The translations under genes and the position numbers were made by a program. A stretch of DNA of 64,000 bases from Owenia fusiformis (Eukaryota). Shown piece after piece: positions 44,247 through 57,436 of the stretch (its first letter is position 1; every line of letters starts with the position of its first letter). The stretch lies in contig CAIIXF020000001.1 of assembly GCA_903813345.2 (NCBI GenBank), positions 3,906,001 through 3,970,000 of the forward strand, in the 5' to 3' direction. The notes under the pieces were generated by a model, which saw only the letters and a list, made by a program, of their open reading frames with translations, did not search any database and was not told where the DNA came from.

Positions 44247-44784
44247 AATCAGCCATAATTAATATGGCATCAAATACATTCGGAAAGACTTTAGGCGGCC
44301 AAAAATTCAATAACTAGACAATATTTGAAATGACGTTAAAAGTTTAATTGTTCAAGCAAAACCTGTATTTTATTGACAGTGCAGTGTTTTTGAAAAAAGC
44401 CCGTTAAAATCATAAAATTGGGAATTTCGTTAAAATATTTTTTTTCCATGTTGGAAATTGTCTCCGGAATAAAATATGAAAATTTTAATAAGAATGGTTG
44501 TTCTATTGCAAATATAGAATAAAAAAACGACTGCATCATACAACCTGTCCGGGGTACTATACAAATAGAAGATCATGAAACTTCACCCATAAATGTGAAA
44601 TTGATTTGTCGAAATAAAAAAAATGTGTGACGATCTAATAATTGCTGTACAACAGTCAGAGGTGTTGACACAACGACCTTGAGCCTGATGTGAACTGCTT
44701 GAATACTTATTATTCCAGGATCGAGCCTTTTGCACTTTAACGGCTATATAATGTCATGACTGGGGACTAGGGACTTTTTTCGTC

Positions 44785-45392
44785 TCTTTTACAAGTAACA
44801 ATTCGAAGACAATTTATAAGAGAAAGATTTGTTGAAAAATGGTCAGACAATCCTTTTAAAAAGTCTACTTTGGACTTTTTCGTCCAATGAAGTTACGTTT
44901 TAAGGCAAAGTAACGTTAAAAGAGTTAAAAAGTTAAAGTCCAATAAGGTTACGTTTTTATGGCAAAGTAACGTGTTTTGAAAATGTTTACATAAAAATTC
45001 ATTCGGCATTGTTTGTGTGGCGATAAGTCAAAGTCCAATAAAGTTACGTTTTAAGGTAATATTACGTTTTTTACAGCAAAGTAACGTGTTTTGAAAATGT
45101 TTACATAACAATTCATCCATTCTTCGTGGTTACGTTTTTAAGGCAAAGTAACGTGTTTTGAAAATCCATACTAGACTAGGCCTATACATAAAAATCATCC
45201 ATTTTAGCGGAAAAGTTAAAGGCCAATTAAGTTGTTTAAGGCAAAGTAACGTGAGTAAAAATGCAAACGTTACTCTTCACGAAGAATGATTAAGTAAGTC
45301 CAAAGTAGCGCTTTTTAAAAGGATTATCTGACCATTTTTCAACACTGAATCTTTCTCTTATAAATTGTCTTCGAATTGTTACTTGTAAAGAG
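44785..45392. mobile_element. Foldback element with ~95-bp TIRs and internal palindromic repeats, upstream of RCHY1
   Basis: TTACAAGTAACAATTCGAAGACAATTTATAAGAGAAAGATT versus AATCTTTCTCTTATAAATTGTCTTCGAATTGTTACTTGTAA; about five internal variants of GTTACGTTTT(T)AAGGCAAAGTAACG. Confidence 0.7.
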
Positions 45393-45821
45393 ATGAAAAG
45401 AGCGTTAGGCCTACCCTTTAAAACTGCTAATATCCCCCCCCCCCCATTTTCTGTCCCTGAGCAACACCAGAAACGAGCGTTCGATTTGCTAGACGATATG
45501 CGTCACCCTTTAACAACTTTGGCCCAGAAATGGCCAAAATCACATAAGAAATGCACAGACTGATGAAACTGCATGCTTTTGCCCGTGACCCCCTCCCCCT
45601 GGCCCGGCGCTAGAAGGTATCAGAGTGAACTTATAGTTGACAAAATAATGTAGGCCTAGTAAACAAAAGTTGACAGAATCAATACTCGTTAGAATATTTC
45701 GGCAAGAGTCGGAATACATGGGAAGACTGGAATGGTTGGGGCGCCACAAATAGGCCTATGGTACCTGTTCCAGTTTTCCGTGTTTCAAAGCGTTCGTAAA
45801 TTTAATGCAACATCCTGAAAG

Positions 45822-48800
45822 ATGGCTGAAGATTTTGAAACTTTAGGATGCAAACATTACAAGCGAAAATGTGCATTTATTGTGAGTATAGAAGATATCT
45901 ATGTAAACTTTACTTCTGTATTCTTTCCTTTTCAAACTGGAACTAACGATTTAAAGATCAAACAAGAGACTTAGCTTTGCCAACTAGACTTTACAATTTT
46001 CCGTCTTTTTCATTTTTTGTAAAGTGTGAAAGTCGACAATTGCAAGTGAATAAACTTAATGCACGGACCTCTGCCAGATTACCTCTTCTTGGTAGTGTCT
46101 AGTCTCTATAAATATACTCAAGGACAAGACACAAAGTCTTCGGAAAATTTATATTTCCTTGATTTTTGAGTCAGTTTATCAATAAATATCACATGTCATA
46201 CCTCAAACGATGCGTACTGTTGTTAGCGTCATCTCCAATCACTAAAACCACACATTCAAGAAAGCGTTTGTTCATAAAAGGATAAAATAAGCGAGCGTAT
46301 ATTTAATGGAGTGCTTCGGCTATTTCCGTTGTTCAAATGTTTATTCCCGAAGTCAAATGCCTTTTCTGAGAATGTGACGCCACTCCGGATGACGTCACAT
46401 CAGAGATTACCTGGGAATCCCTTGACGTTTCTTTAAATACTCCTGTAGAAACAATAACAACGGTTTGCAAGACTATGCGATCCTTTACTTACATTGGCTG
46501 TTTGTTGCGATGTGACATAATTCTCCTTTTCGCGGTTCGCTCTTTGAATCAGAACGTTCGCAAATATGCACTGAAAAAGCACTCAAAAAGGACAAAATTT
46601 GATTGGTCAATATTTTCCCACTATGCATTTCGCGTAGCTATTTGCGTGACACGAAAGTTCTAAATCAAACTATTACTCAATTTTGTTTTTACACCCGCAC
46701 GCTAAATAAAACAATGACAGTATGACACCATCGTAAGTATTCTTCTTTGTCATTGCTTTAATAGTCAGTATACCGAGTTTAATCAATAAAAGATTGTACA
46801 ATGAACAACAAAATTCGGAAATGAGTACTATAGATTTGCTTTCGGACCACTGAACAGATTGACCTATATAATAGCGACGCGTCTTCTTTGGTCTACTGCT
46901 CAGTTGTTTGTGGGTTTTCAACGTAACTCTACAATGTAATTTGACGATGAATACTTTTATTCAGTTGTTGCATCGATGTCGCAGTTTGTAGTGCGGTAAG
47001 ATTGGCATGAAAGTATTGAAAGTCGAATTGAATTGTTTTTTCCAATATGGCGACTAGTCTACTGATCACGTGACCTTCTCTTCCGGAATATTTTCTCACT
47101 TTTCAATCATCGTTTTCACCACGCTATGAATTAATGCAATGAAAAAAATAGCTGTTATATTAAGATTAATGAGAGATCAATCGTTTCTAATAATTTTTTC
47201 AGTACTCTCGTACGGGAATATGAACGAATATATCGTTTGAAAAATAGGTGTGAAAATCCCCATGTTAAACCTATGAGGGAAAATAAGGAAGTATAAATTT
47301 GTTCCTCCGGGAACTGCATCATGGGAAATATTTTGCCCTTATAAGGAAAGATTTTCGCGTCTTCTCTTTTGAAGAGGGAACAACGATTTCGAGAATTCAA
47401 GATACAAACAACATCGGACACTGCCGGAAATTACTGAAGCACTCCATTATCTTTACGCTCTGAAAACTTGAAATAAATGTACCTGGAAAATTCGATTTAC
47501 AGGGTCAATAATTGATACCATGCAATCATTCAAACTAATACATAAAGAAGAGATTACAGGGTAAATATTGATCACTCAATGTTTGAGAGATGGAAAAGAT
47601 AAAGGTCAGTACGAGCGTCATATTTTTGGGTGGTCATTTTTTGGATGTGCCTTTTTTGGTTGGTGTCTTATCTTCTCAATTATTCTCTGAGCCAATACCA
47701 AAAGGGGCTGGATCTGGCTCCTGATCTGTGACTTCATGTGGATTGCACTTGTCATAGGCCGGGAAACATGTATAAAAAAGTCGAGTCGAATACACCAAGT
47801 AAAGATCTCTTTAATTAATAATAATAATTTTCAAGATAATTGACTGAGTCAAATTGAATTGATGTAGTAGTATATACATGTAAATGTCTATAGTATTTTA
47901 ATGTAAATACAACTCCTTGTAAGTATGTGATATGTATGATGAAAACTGCTCTTTGTAAAACACCACATAAAGTGAAACAGTTTTTCAAGGTTGCAATTTT
48001 ACAACCCAATGTCTGAATGTTGTATAGACAATTGACATGTCTTCATACTTTATTTGGAGCAATTATTTCAAGATTGTTTCTTTTTTGATAGAATCTGAAT
48101 CAATCTTGAAGCCAAGAAGCAGGTTTATATCATTCTTATTAATATGTTTTCTAGTCCCCGTGCTGTGGAAAGGTTTACACATGCAGACTGTGCCATGATG
48201 AAAAGGAGATGCATACAATTGAACGTACTTCTGTCAAGCAAATTCAGTGCCTCGGTTGTAGAGTCAAACAAAAGGTATTCAAATTTGTTAAAGCATTAAA
48301 TACAATCAACTTATTTGATAACATTGTACATGTATAAAAAAAATGTAATATGAGTGATTATAGACAATCATCTTTTGGTATATGAATGCACAATTGGATT
48401 TTAGAGTCAGATAAAAAAAATATAACAGCTAGAATTGATGTTCTTTAAGATTTGATAAATGGATTTTTTATTTTTCTCTGATTGATTCACATCGTTTAGT
48501 TGGTGGCTGATAGAGGTTATATATAAAATAAAGATTATCTACAAATTCCACTTTTTGACCAATACCACTCACCAATATCGGCTTTCAAATGGTGGTTTTA
48601 ATTTGTCAACTAAATGTACCATGTATATAAATGTGGTATACGAGTAGTATTCTATATTATTGCAGGTAAAGGCTGTATGTTCTCATTGCAAGGTGACATT
48701 TGGCAAATATTTTTGTGAAGTTTGTCGGTTGTATGACGATGATGAAAAGGGACAGTTCCATTGTGAAGGGTGTGGAATTTGCAGGTTTGTTAGTGAAATA

Positions 48801-51800
48801 TATCATAGCTGTTGCTCTCAATGCTCTGTATATATACAGTACTTGAAATTTGATGTAGGGCTTCTAAAACATTCAAAAATTCATTGAACTTCAAATTGTG
48901 TTTTTATTTATTTTTACTACGTGTACTTATCCATGTTAATGTCCCTTGCAGGGTTGGTGGACGAGACAAGTACTTTCATTGTAGCAAGTGTGACATGTGC
49001 ATGCCAATCTCTAGTCAGGAGCAACACAAGGTTAGTGGTAATCATTTAGTAACTGAGACTCTGGTAAGGCAAATCATCCATGATTACACTGTGCTTAGTT
49101 TTTACTACACTTTATCAGATTTGTTTATAGATCTGAGAAATTGGTTTTGGTTTTGGAGTTGACTTTAACTCTCTGACGAGATATATTTCCCCAAATTATC
49201 ACCCCCGGTGATCGTACAAAATGGATGGAGGGGGGATTAGGCAATTTCTGCAAGAAAACTCAACAAATTTGGAAGATTTATTTTTTCAAGAGAAAATTTA
49301 CAACTGAATTGCCAAATGAATAGGCACAGTGCATGGCAAAATATATTAGGTCATCTAGTATTTTTTTTGAACTGATACCCTTCTAAGATATGAGATCTAT
49401 TAAAAAAGGCGCATCATCACCAACGTGCAAAAGTCAATGTTTTTGCTATAAATCGGGCAAGAATGGTCTACACGACCTGTAATAAATAGGTATAAGGGAC
49501 GTTATTATCACAATACTAATGACATTGCTCACTTTTTAAAGTTAGTTTCCATGCAATATACCAAAAATTTTCAAAATAAATTAATATTGGATGGAGGGGG
49601 GATCACATGTATATAAGACATGATAAGACATGCTACTTGAATTTATTCTTTCCACTTTTTCATTCTCCAGAGATATAATATCCAGTTTCTTACTGGGGTA
49701 CTGAGTTTACTTTTTTCAAATACACGAGTTCTTGTGAATTTGTTCCATCGTAAAGACATATAAATCCCCCCCTCCATCCACTCCCCCCTCCATCCAATAT
49801 TAATTTATTTTGATTATTTTTTGTATAACGCATTGAAACTAACTTTAAAAAGTGACCAATGTCATTAGTATTGTGATAATAACGTCCCTTATACCTATTT
49901 ATCCCAGGTCGTGTAGACCATTGTTGCCCGATTTATAGCAAAAACATTGACTTTTGCACATTGGTGATGATGCGCCTTTTTTAATAGATCTCATATCTTA
50001 GAAGGGTATCAGTTCAAAAAAAAAAACTAGATGACCTAACATATTTTGCCATGCACTGCGCCTATTCATTTGGCAATTCACTTGTAAATTTTCTCTTGAA
50101 AAAATAAATCTTCCAAATGTACCCAAATGTTTGTATTTTCAAAGAATTCCTAAAGTTCATATTTCATACTTTATTCCCAGGAAAATTAAAGGTTTTACAC
50201 GTTTGTGTCCTATGACCTCAACAAAGTTTGATTTGGATAATGAAACCTTCCTTCTATTTGTCAGTCCTGCAGTCTGTCCATGCATCCCTCCATTCAGAAA
50301 ATAACTTGAATACTAGTGGACAGATTTTCTTCATATTTGGTGGAAAGATGTATATTGGTAAATATCAGAGAATAAAATTTGCAACCTGTATAATGCTAGT
50401 CAGTTCTTTTATTACAGTGCATAGAGAAAGTGTCCCGGACTAACTGCCCAGTTTGTATGGAGGATCTGCACACATCAAGAGATGGCTCCACTATACCTCC
50501 ATGTGGTCATCTCATACATGGGTAAGTATATTGTGGTTGAAACATTCAAAATATGCGTTATAATATATATGTATTGATAAATATGGGATTTCTCACATGA
50601 AGCAGGGAAGGAAGGTGTCAATTCAACACTACGCCAAAAATATGAAAAAAATGTGTCCAATCTTTAATATCAAAACGCCTCTTTTATGCGCGTAAAACAT
50701 AATTTTTACGGTAATACCAGACAATGTGCTTAAAATGTCCAAATGTCTTTCATCATATAGAATCACCATGGAAAGCGGATCTTTTAAATCAACAATACAG
50801 ATTAAAGAATCTAGTATGATCAATAGAAACATGTCCGTGGTCAATGATACAACTAACTCTAATGTTTGCAACCTTTTTTATAACACTAATTCGCAAGACC
50901 AAATAAACACCCCTCAACAAAGGTCAACATGCCATTTTGTGCTAATGTTAATTTCCTTTCAAAATAATTATTGGTGCCTAAATGGTTTATTTCCTAAAAA
51001 TAATAATCTATTATCTTTCAAATGAAATAAAAATTAGGGTAATTGCTTTCCTAGAACTGAAGTTATGTATTTTCGAAGATAGCATGCATCACGAAAACTC
51101 ATTGAAATCAATGGAACGCGTAACTGAATAATCAACAATTTGAAGTTCAACTTGTTTCTGTCTTTAACATTCATATTTCAAGAAGTCCTACAAATAACAA
51201 TAACAATTAGTGATTTAGCTAGATAATATATAAATGCTGACTTATTATCATTTCAATATAATTTCAGTCCATGATTTTTGCTAGCAACCACATAGCAACA
51301 GAATATTAATTGAATATTAGTGAAATTGAAAAATTGGGGTAAGGGAAACATAAAAAACTATATCTAAAACTGGGAGAGGTTTATAATTATAATTCTGGTA
51401 CCACAGTTTACATAAGCATTACGGAACATGCACAAAAATTAACTAAAATCGATTCTCATGAAATTATGGATGTTGGAAAGAGAATTCAATCTGTTCAATG
51501 AGTACTACCTACCAAACAGAGTAATTTACTGATTAATTTGCATTTCCTACAGTATTAGAAACAATGTGACTATCAATATTTTACGAATTTTATTTTTATT
51601 GGCTTAAACTTCTGACTATCATAACTTTGCCCCTCTACCCCAAATCACTTTGATTTTTACGCAAAAAAGTGAAATATATCTGTGGCTGAAGCTAAAAAAA
51701 TAACAGAAGCACAAAAAACTTCCAAAAAGTACTATTGAAAAACTCAAACATTTTACATGGTGTCCAAAAATATTTGTTTAGTGTGCTCAAGATCACAAAC

Positions 51801-53264
51801 AATTTATTAACAATGAGGAAATATGACTAAAATAAGGACATTAATAAGCTATTTTATAAAGTGTAGATAAAAGTGACAATTACACCCTCTTTTTATTTTC
51901 AGGACATGCTATAAACAGATGCTCTCAAAAGGGTGAGAAAATATTTAAATAATAATTTCTTTCAAGTCCCAGTAATACAACCCTTAACATTCAATATACA
52001 AATGTTATACCTCTTGACTGTACTTAATCACATCTTGCTAGAAATACATTGATTTCATAAATATCTTCTTTTTTCAACCTTAATGGCCCAAGTTAAGCTG
52101 CAGCTGTGCTGTTCATTCTTTGCCCGTCCTGTCCAAATTGGCGATACAAATTATTGTTGTAATTATTTCAGGCACTTTGCCTGTCCAAATGGCCAACTCA
52201 CATCTATTGTTGTAATTATTTCAGACACTTTGCCTGTTCAAATGGCCAACTCACATCTATTGTTGTAATTATTTCAGACACTTTGCCTGAAATTGCCCAT
52301 TACAGACTTGTTGTAATTATTTCAGACACTTTGCCTGTCCAATGTGTGGAGAGGCAATGGTTGAGATGGACAACATTTGGAAGAGGCTGGATGAGGAGGT
52401 TGCTAACACACAGATGCCTGAAGAATACAGAGACACCATCATTAACAGTTTATGCAAAGATTGCCACAAGGTTAGTTCCTTCACATGTTTGTGTTTAGTT
52501 AAATTAGTAGTGTGTTTTGAACAAATTGCAACAAAACCAAGCTCCAGCCAGTAACTTAAATGGACATACAGTATTGTGCATCTGCTCACATTCAAAGTTG
52601 CATTGATAAATGGCATTTCTGTCCTATATATGGTGTAGTTGTATGAATTTAGATTACTTGTTTTGCAGCCTGTGCTTCATGTTGCAGCTTGTACCTCATG
52701 TTGCAGCTTGTACCTCATGTTACAGCTTGTACCTCATGTTACAGCTTGTACCTCATGTTACAGACTGAACCTTTTGTTCCAGACTAGCAAAACTAAGTTC
52801 CATGTCCTTGGCCAGAAGTGCCAACATTGTGGATCCTACAATACGTGTGGTGCTGATGATGACATTGAAGAGAATCCAAACACTGCTGGCTATGAAGAAA
52901 CTGGTGCAGGTGACACAGGTGAATCTAACATTCCAATAGGAAAACAAAATTGTGTAAAGGAGCTTAGAGGATATTGTTTGATGTTTAATTGAACATTGAA
53001 AACCAATGACACATTCTTTTATAAGAAAAAGTATTTAAAATGATTCCACCTATTAGTTTACCTTTTAATATTTGAACCCGTTGACCTATTGAATGTATGA
53101 TCTTCTTGGAATTGCCTTCTTCCAAGTTATACAGGAGTTGTAATGCATCTCATAAATTAATTTTGTTTTCACTTTCAGCATCTCCTAATGATGTAGATGA
53201 ACGAAGTGTTGCAGCTCAAACCATAGATACAGAGAGTGAAAGGACGGGTACATCAGTAGACTGA
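45822..53264 (+). CDS. RCHY1: RING finger and CHY zinc finger domain-containing protein 1 (Pirh2 E3 ligase), ~290 aa
   Basis: Exons 45822-45881 ([12 protein letters not shown]), 48155-48274 ([15 protein letters not shown]), 48666-48784 ([25 protein letters not shown]), 48952-49030, 50418-50521 ([20 protein letters not shown]), 51903-51932, 52326-52470 (CPMC...TQMPEEY..CKDC), then 52783-52918 plus probable 53179-53264, or read-through to the stop at 52992. [16 protein letters not shown] zinc ribbon is present. The 3' end is uncertain. Confidence 0.92.
49267..50118. mobile_element. Foldback element with near-perfect ~335-bp arms in RCHY1 intron 4
   Basis: ATTTGGAAGATTTATTTTTTCAAGAGAAAATTTACAA...TATTGGATGGAGGGGGG versus its reverse complement at ~49783-50118; ~180-bp spacer. 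Confidence 0.8.
52150..52340 (+). repeat. Four tandem copies (53/53/48-bp spacing) of the RCHY1 intron 6/exon 7 junction
   Basis: TTGTTGTAATTATTTCAG|(G/A)CACTTTGCCTG with AG ending at 52171, 52224, 52277 and 52325. Confidence 0.9.
52663..52763 (+). repeat. 19-bp minisatellite just upstream of RCHY1 exon 8
   Basis: TT(G/A)CAGCTTGTACCTCATG repeated about five times. Confidence 0.85.
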
Positions 53265-56200
53265 ATAGTACTTCAGTAGATTTAACAGATGGTGCATATA
53301 AGGATGTATTATGAAATAGTTCTAATATGATTCCTGATTCAGCAGTGTGATATAGCCATAAGTTAAAATAAACTATAAAAGTGACATATCCCATATTTTA
53401 TCCCCATGGCTTAAAGCAAGACATTTCCTGATAATTGAATGGCGAAAGACACGAGCCAAGCGAGCGGTGGGTTTTGGCGGGTCCTCCCTCCAAGAAATTT
53501 TGGAAAAATGAGATTTGATTGAATGCTTTTTATTAGAGTAATGTAGACCCATTACATATACTTTTAAAGGAGGAAAAATAAAACAAATATGACCTTAATT
53601 TTGAAACCCTTGCTTGACCCCCCTACTCCCCCCCCCCCCCCCTAGAAATAAATCCAGATTTGTATTGAACTCAATGTGGTCAGATTTTGGTCAATTTTTT
53701 CCTGAAATTTCTGAAGACTTAAAGCCATGTTTCCCACAATGATTCTGTTATCTCTACAATAACAGCCAGTGATATTTTTCAGAAATCATTTATAAGCCTT
53801 ATATGCGGCTGATATTGATTGTCAGCTGCATATCCATAAACTAATTTGAATTTTTTGATTTTGATCATGGGATAAACCCACTGTCAAATCATTCTTTGTG
53901 ATATCATTTTATTACCTTGTAGATATCAAATATCAGCAATCATTCTCTTCGCTGAATTGTGTTAATATTTTATATTACTTGTCAATAAAAATATCATTCA
54001 AAATAATTTGATATTCTGTATTTCTGGCATTTTACTACCTCATCCGATAAACTAGATGCAAGTAGAAATGATCTTGATTTTCTGTCATTAATATTCAAAA
54101 TTTTGTCAAAGTGATATCATATTTGAAATCTCTATATAAAACTACATCTAAAAATGTGGTTTTAAAAATTCTTTATCAACTTTGAAATTTTAGTTTTTCT
54201 TTGAAAATGTGACTTCTAGGTCAGTCCATTATAGGCGTTATAAAATCATGAAAAATGAAATATCTTCTTGAATTACAATGATAATATTTTCTGTCACTGG
54301 ATATATTTTCTACTGTATAATAATAATTTAAAGGAATTTTTTTCTTTAATTTTATCTATAATATCTGGAATGTTATTTGACCCAGATTAGCCATCTGGTG
54401 GTGAAATTGGAAACAACCTTGCATTTCCATTGAAAAAATTTCATAGTTTAACAAGCTCTGAAAATCGGAATTGCCATCAAGATCATTACACTATTCAAAT
54501 GGTGATGAAAAAACTCCAACAGCATTGTTATTTTGGTAGTTGTATTTATTTAAAATAAGATAATTTATTCAAAATATGCAATAGGTACATTGTATATTCA
54601 TAGTGTTACCTTTTTACATATTAAATAATAACTGAATTACATGTATATTATATGTACAAAACATGTTTTTGAAGAATAAAAACAAATCATGAAAACCTTG
54701 TTCTTTGAATAGTCAAAGAGTTATGTATATCACAGTAAAAAGAACTGCTGCTTTTTTGTGCATTTGAATTTTAACCATCGATTTTTAACGATTAATTTTA
54801 ATGATCCCCTCACTATTAGACCAAATTGAGCAGTTGGATGCAGCACACGTGATAATTTGAAAAATGTCTGCCATCCTGTAAACACCCTATCAATTTGAAG
54901 AACTAATTCTGGGGAGATCACTGTATAGTCATTTCAATTTCCATATATTTACAAGTATAAAGTGTTAAAAAATATAGGTGTACTCTATGGCAAATGACAT
55001 TCAGACTAAAGATATAAAGCATTACATAGTCAAGGTGTACAAGTGAATTAAATGATGAAGGCATTAACATAACATCAACAATGGTAAAACTCAACATTCA
55101 TCAAAAACATCATGCAACAAATATGACTAGATTTGAAAGTAGTATGTTGTAGAAATATGACCAATATGGCCAACAGATGGGGCCCAATAGGCTCACCAGT
55201 CAAAAAACATAAAATCAAAAAATTAAAGCTTGTCAATATTTTTACCAACTTTGTTCATTTGAACAATCTTCAGCATAACATTAAAGAGTGAGCTTTCATT
55301 GAATACAAGAGTTTATCAGATCATATATAAGTAAGTATTCACTCCTCATATGTCTTTGGTATATTGAATCCTTGAAAAAGGTCAGTAGCTGTTCCCTACA
55401 ATGACATGTACAACTTGTACTTAAACTATATACCGGTGCTATAGTGAGTCCATGACCGTAGAGGTACATTAACTCCAAGATGTGATTCAGTCACTCGAAG
55501 AGATGTTCTGTAGACTAATCATCTATTAAATGTAGTTATGTCACTACATATGACGCTATTCAGATCTTTCATGTTATGACTGGACTGGAAAACAAGAATG
55601 TAAAAGTTAGAGTGGCCTAGAATCAAAACAAAAGGGTTGGCAACCCGAAACTACTTTAATACAGTTAAAAAGCAAACAATTTCACAGGGGGTGATGCAAT
55701 ATTTCAAATACAGATTGTTTTAATTCTTAAAAAACTTTAAATATGAATATATCTGCATATATAGAAAGATAAACATAAAATTGCTAAATCTATGACTCCC
55801 TGGATTAGGTTTGAATGTTATGATTTCTAGAAAATAAAATTAGCCAAAAAGTCAGACACATTAACATTTTCTGCCTATAAGTGCCTAACATTCAGTGTAC
55901 ATGTAAACTACCCTAAAAATAATAAGAGCTACATTCAAATTCATCAAGATCAGTATCAAAACTGTAAAATATTATGTAATTTTTAGATCAGTCTGTTCAA
56001 TACTTGAATACATTAAAGGGAGAATCAGATCTAGCTAGTAAGCTGAACAAAACATTGTTTCTATTTGAGAATATTTTTTTGTCATGTATATTTTCTAAAA
56101 ATCCCTTAAGTGCATACTTTACAGTATTTCAGGAAAACGATAACTATGGCTACCATTTATTATCATTTGGAAGAATTTAAACATTTTCCCCCATTTTTGC

Positions 56201-57436
56201 ACTTTGAATTCTAATAACTTCACCAATATTATAACACATCAACAATCTTAGGGGAGTTATTGTATTTGAGATTGTAAGTCATAGATTGGTAAGTCAATTG
56301 TTCATGTTGCTTGCAATTTTGTCACCCCCTTAGGCCCCTTTAGATCTGATTCTGCCTTTAAAATGTAAAATCTGATCCAAAAAATTTTGTAACTGTCACT
56401 GCCATTGGTTAATATTAATACATGTTAGTACAGAACTACAGACATACAGAGATACATGACATAACATTTACAGCAATATTCACAGACTGTTCACCTTTCT
56501 GTCTATGTCTCTGGGAAGATACATGCTGTGGTTATAATTCTTTCATTAGTTCATCAATTTCAGCTTCAAGGTCAGTTGCTAATTAAATAATTTGACAAAA
56601 AATTAACTACATTTTATCAAAGAGCTACATAATAAAACCATTGAAATTGAATATATACAGCTTTGACCAGCTAACTTGAACATGATGAAAAAGTGTCATT
56701 TATCAATAATTCACAATGAAACTAAATCACACAAATTTGGATTCAAATGTGAAAATCTCCGCATTGGGTATTGGAGACATACCTGAAATTAAGTGCTAGC
56801 AACTTATTCTGGAAATGTCTGGAAATTTGATGCTACATGTTTAATTTGCCAGTACCAGAAGAAGGCAATAGCTGTTAACTCTCTCTTATCTGATTGCAGA
56901 GTTGAAGGTGTGGTCAAAATTTCAAAGCCAAGTGTTTTGGGGTAAGGGTTTTGATTTGATGCATCACATAGGTGTAGCCATGATGAGTGCGATGGGTGCG
57001 ATCCAATAAAAATAGAACCACAGGTTAGAAGAAGATGATCAAATTTTTTTATCTCAATTCTGAAGGAAGTTGCATCATTTTTTGTAAAATTCAAAACAAA
57101 TCTTAATAAAAACTCCAAACTTTTTGCCATGCTTATGCCATGACTGAAAAGCGAAAAGAATTTTGGCAATCGCATCCCCCTGACTTTAAACCAAAAAAAA
57201 TTGACGATCACTCCTCCCCTGACTGAAAGCTGGCTACGCCCCTGTATCTGCCATATTAAAAAAAATAACAGCCATTACTATCTCCTAATACTGACCAGTG
57301 AGGATTATGGTGGAGATTATAGTACTCATTGGCAACCCTATCTATCTATTGATCGTTCAATTCTCTTTCACATACATGTTTTGTACATGATTATAATTTG
57401 TACATGAGTATATAGCGTTTGAAATCACATAGGTTT

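Larger units (their letters stand above)
36513..44559. mobile_element. Foldback/MITE with ~315-bp inverted arms (36513-36828 and 44247-44559), split by nested insertions
   Basis: TA|TAGTACCCCGGACAGGTTGTATGATGCAGTCG... versus ...CGACTGCATCATACAACCTGTCCGGGGTACTA|TA; ORFs 36482+ and 44336- are near-identical mirror images. Confidence 0.8.

Noticed and set aside
50594-51890. Possible 1.3-kb TIR element filling RCHY1 intron 5
   Set aside because: End similarity is too weak by eye and no TSD was found.
56804-57211. 135-aa minus-strand ORF
   Set aside because: Overlaps a MITE-family copy and has no recognisable domain or convincing start.
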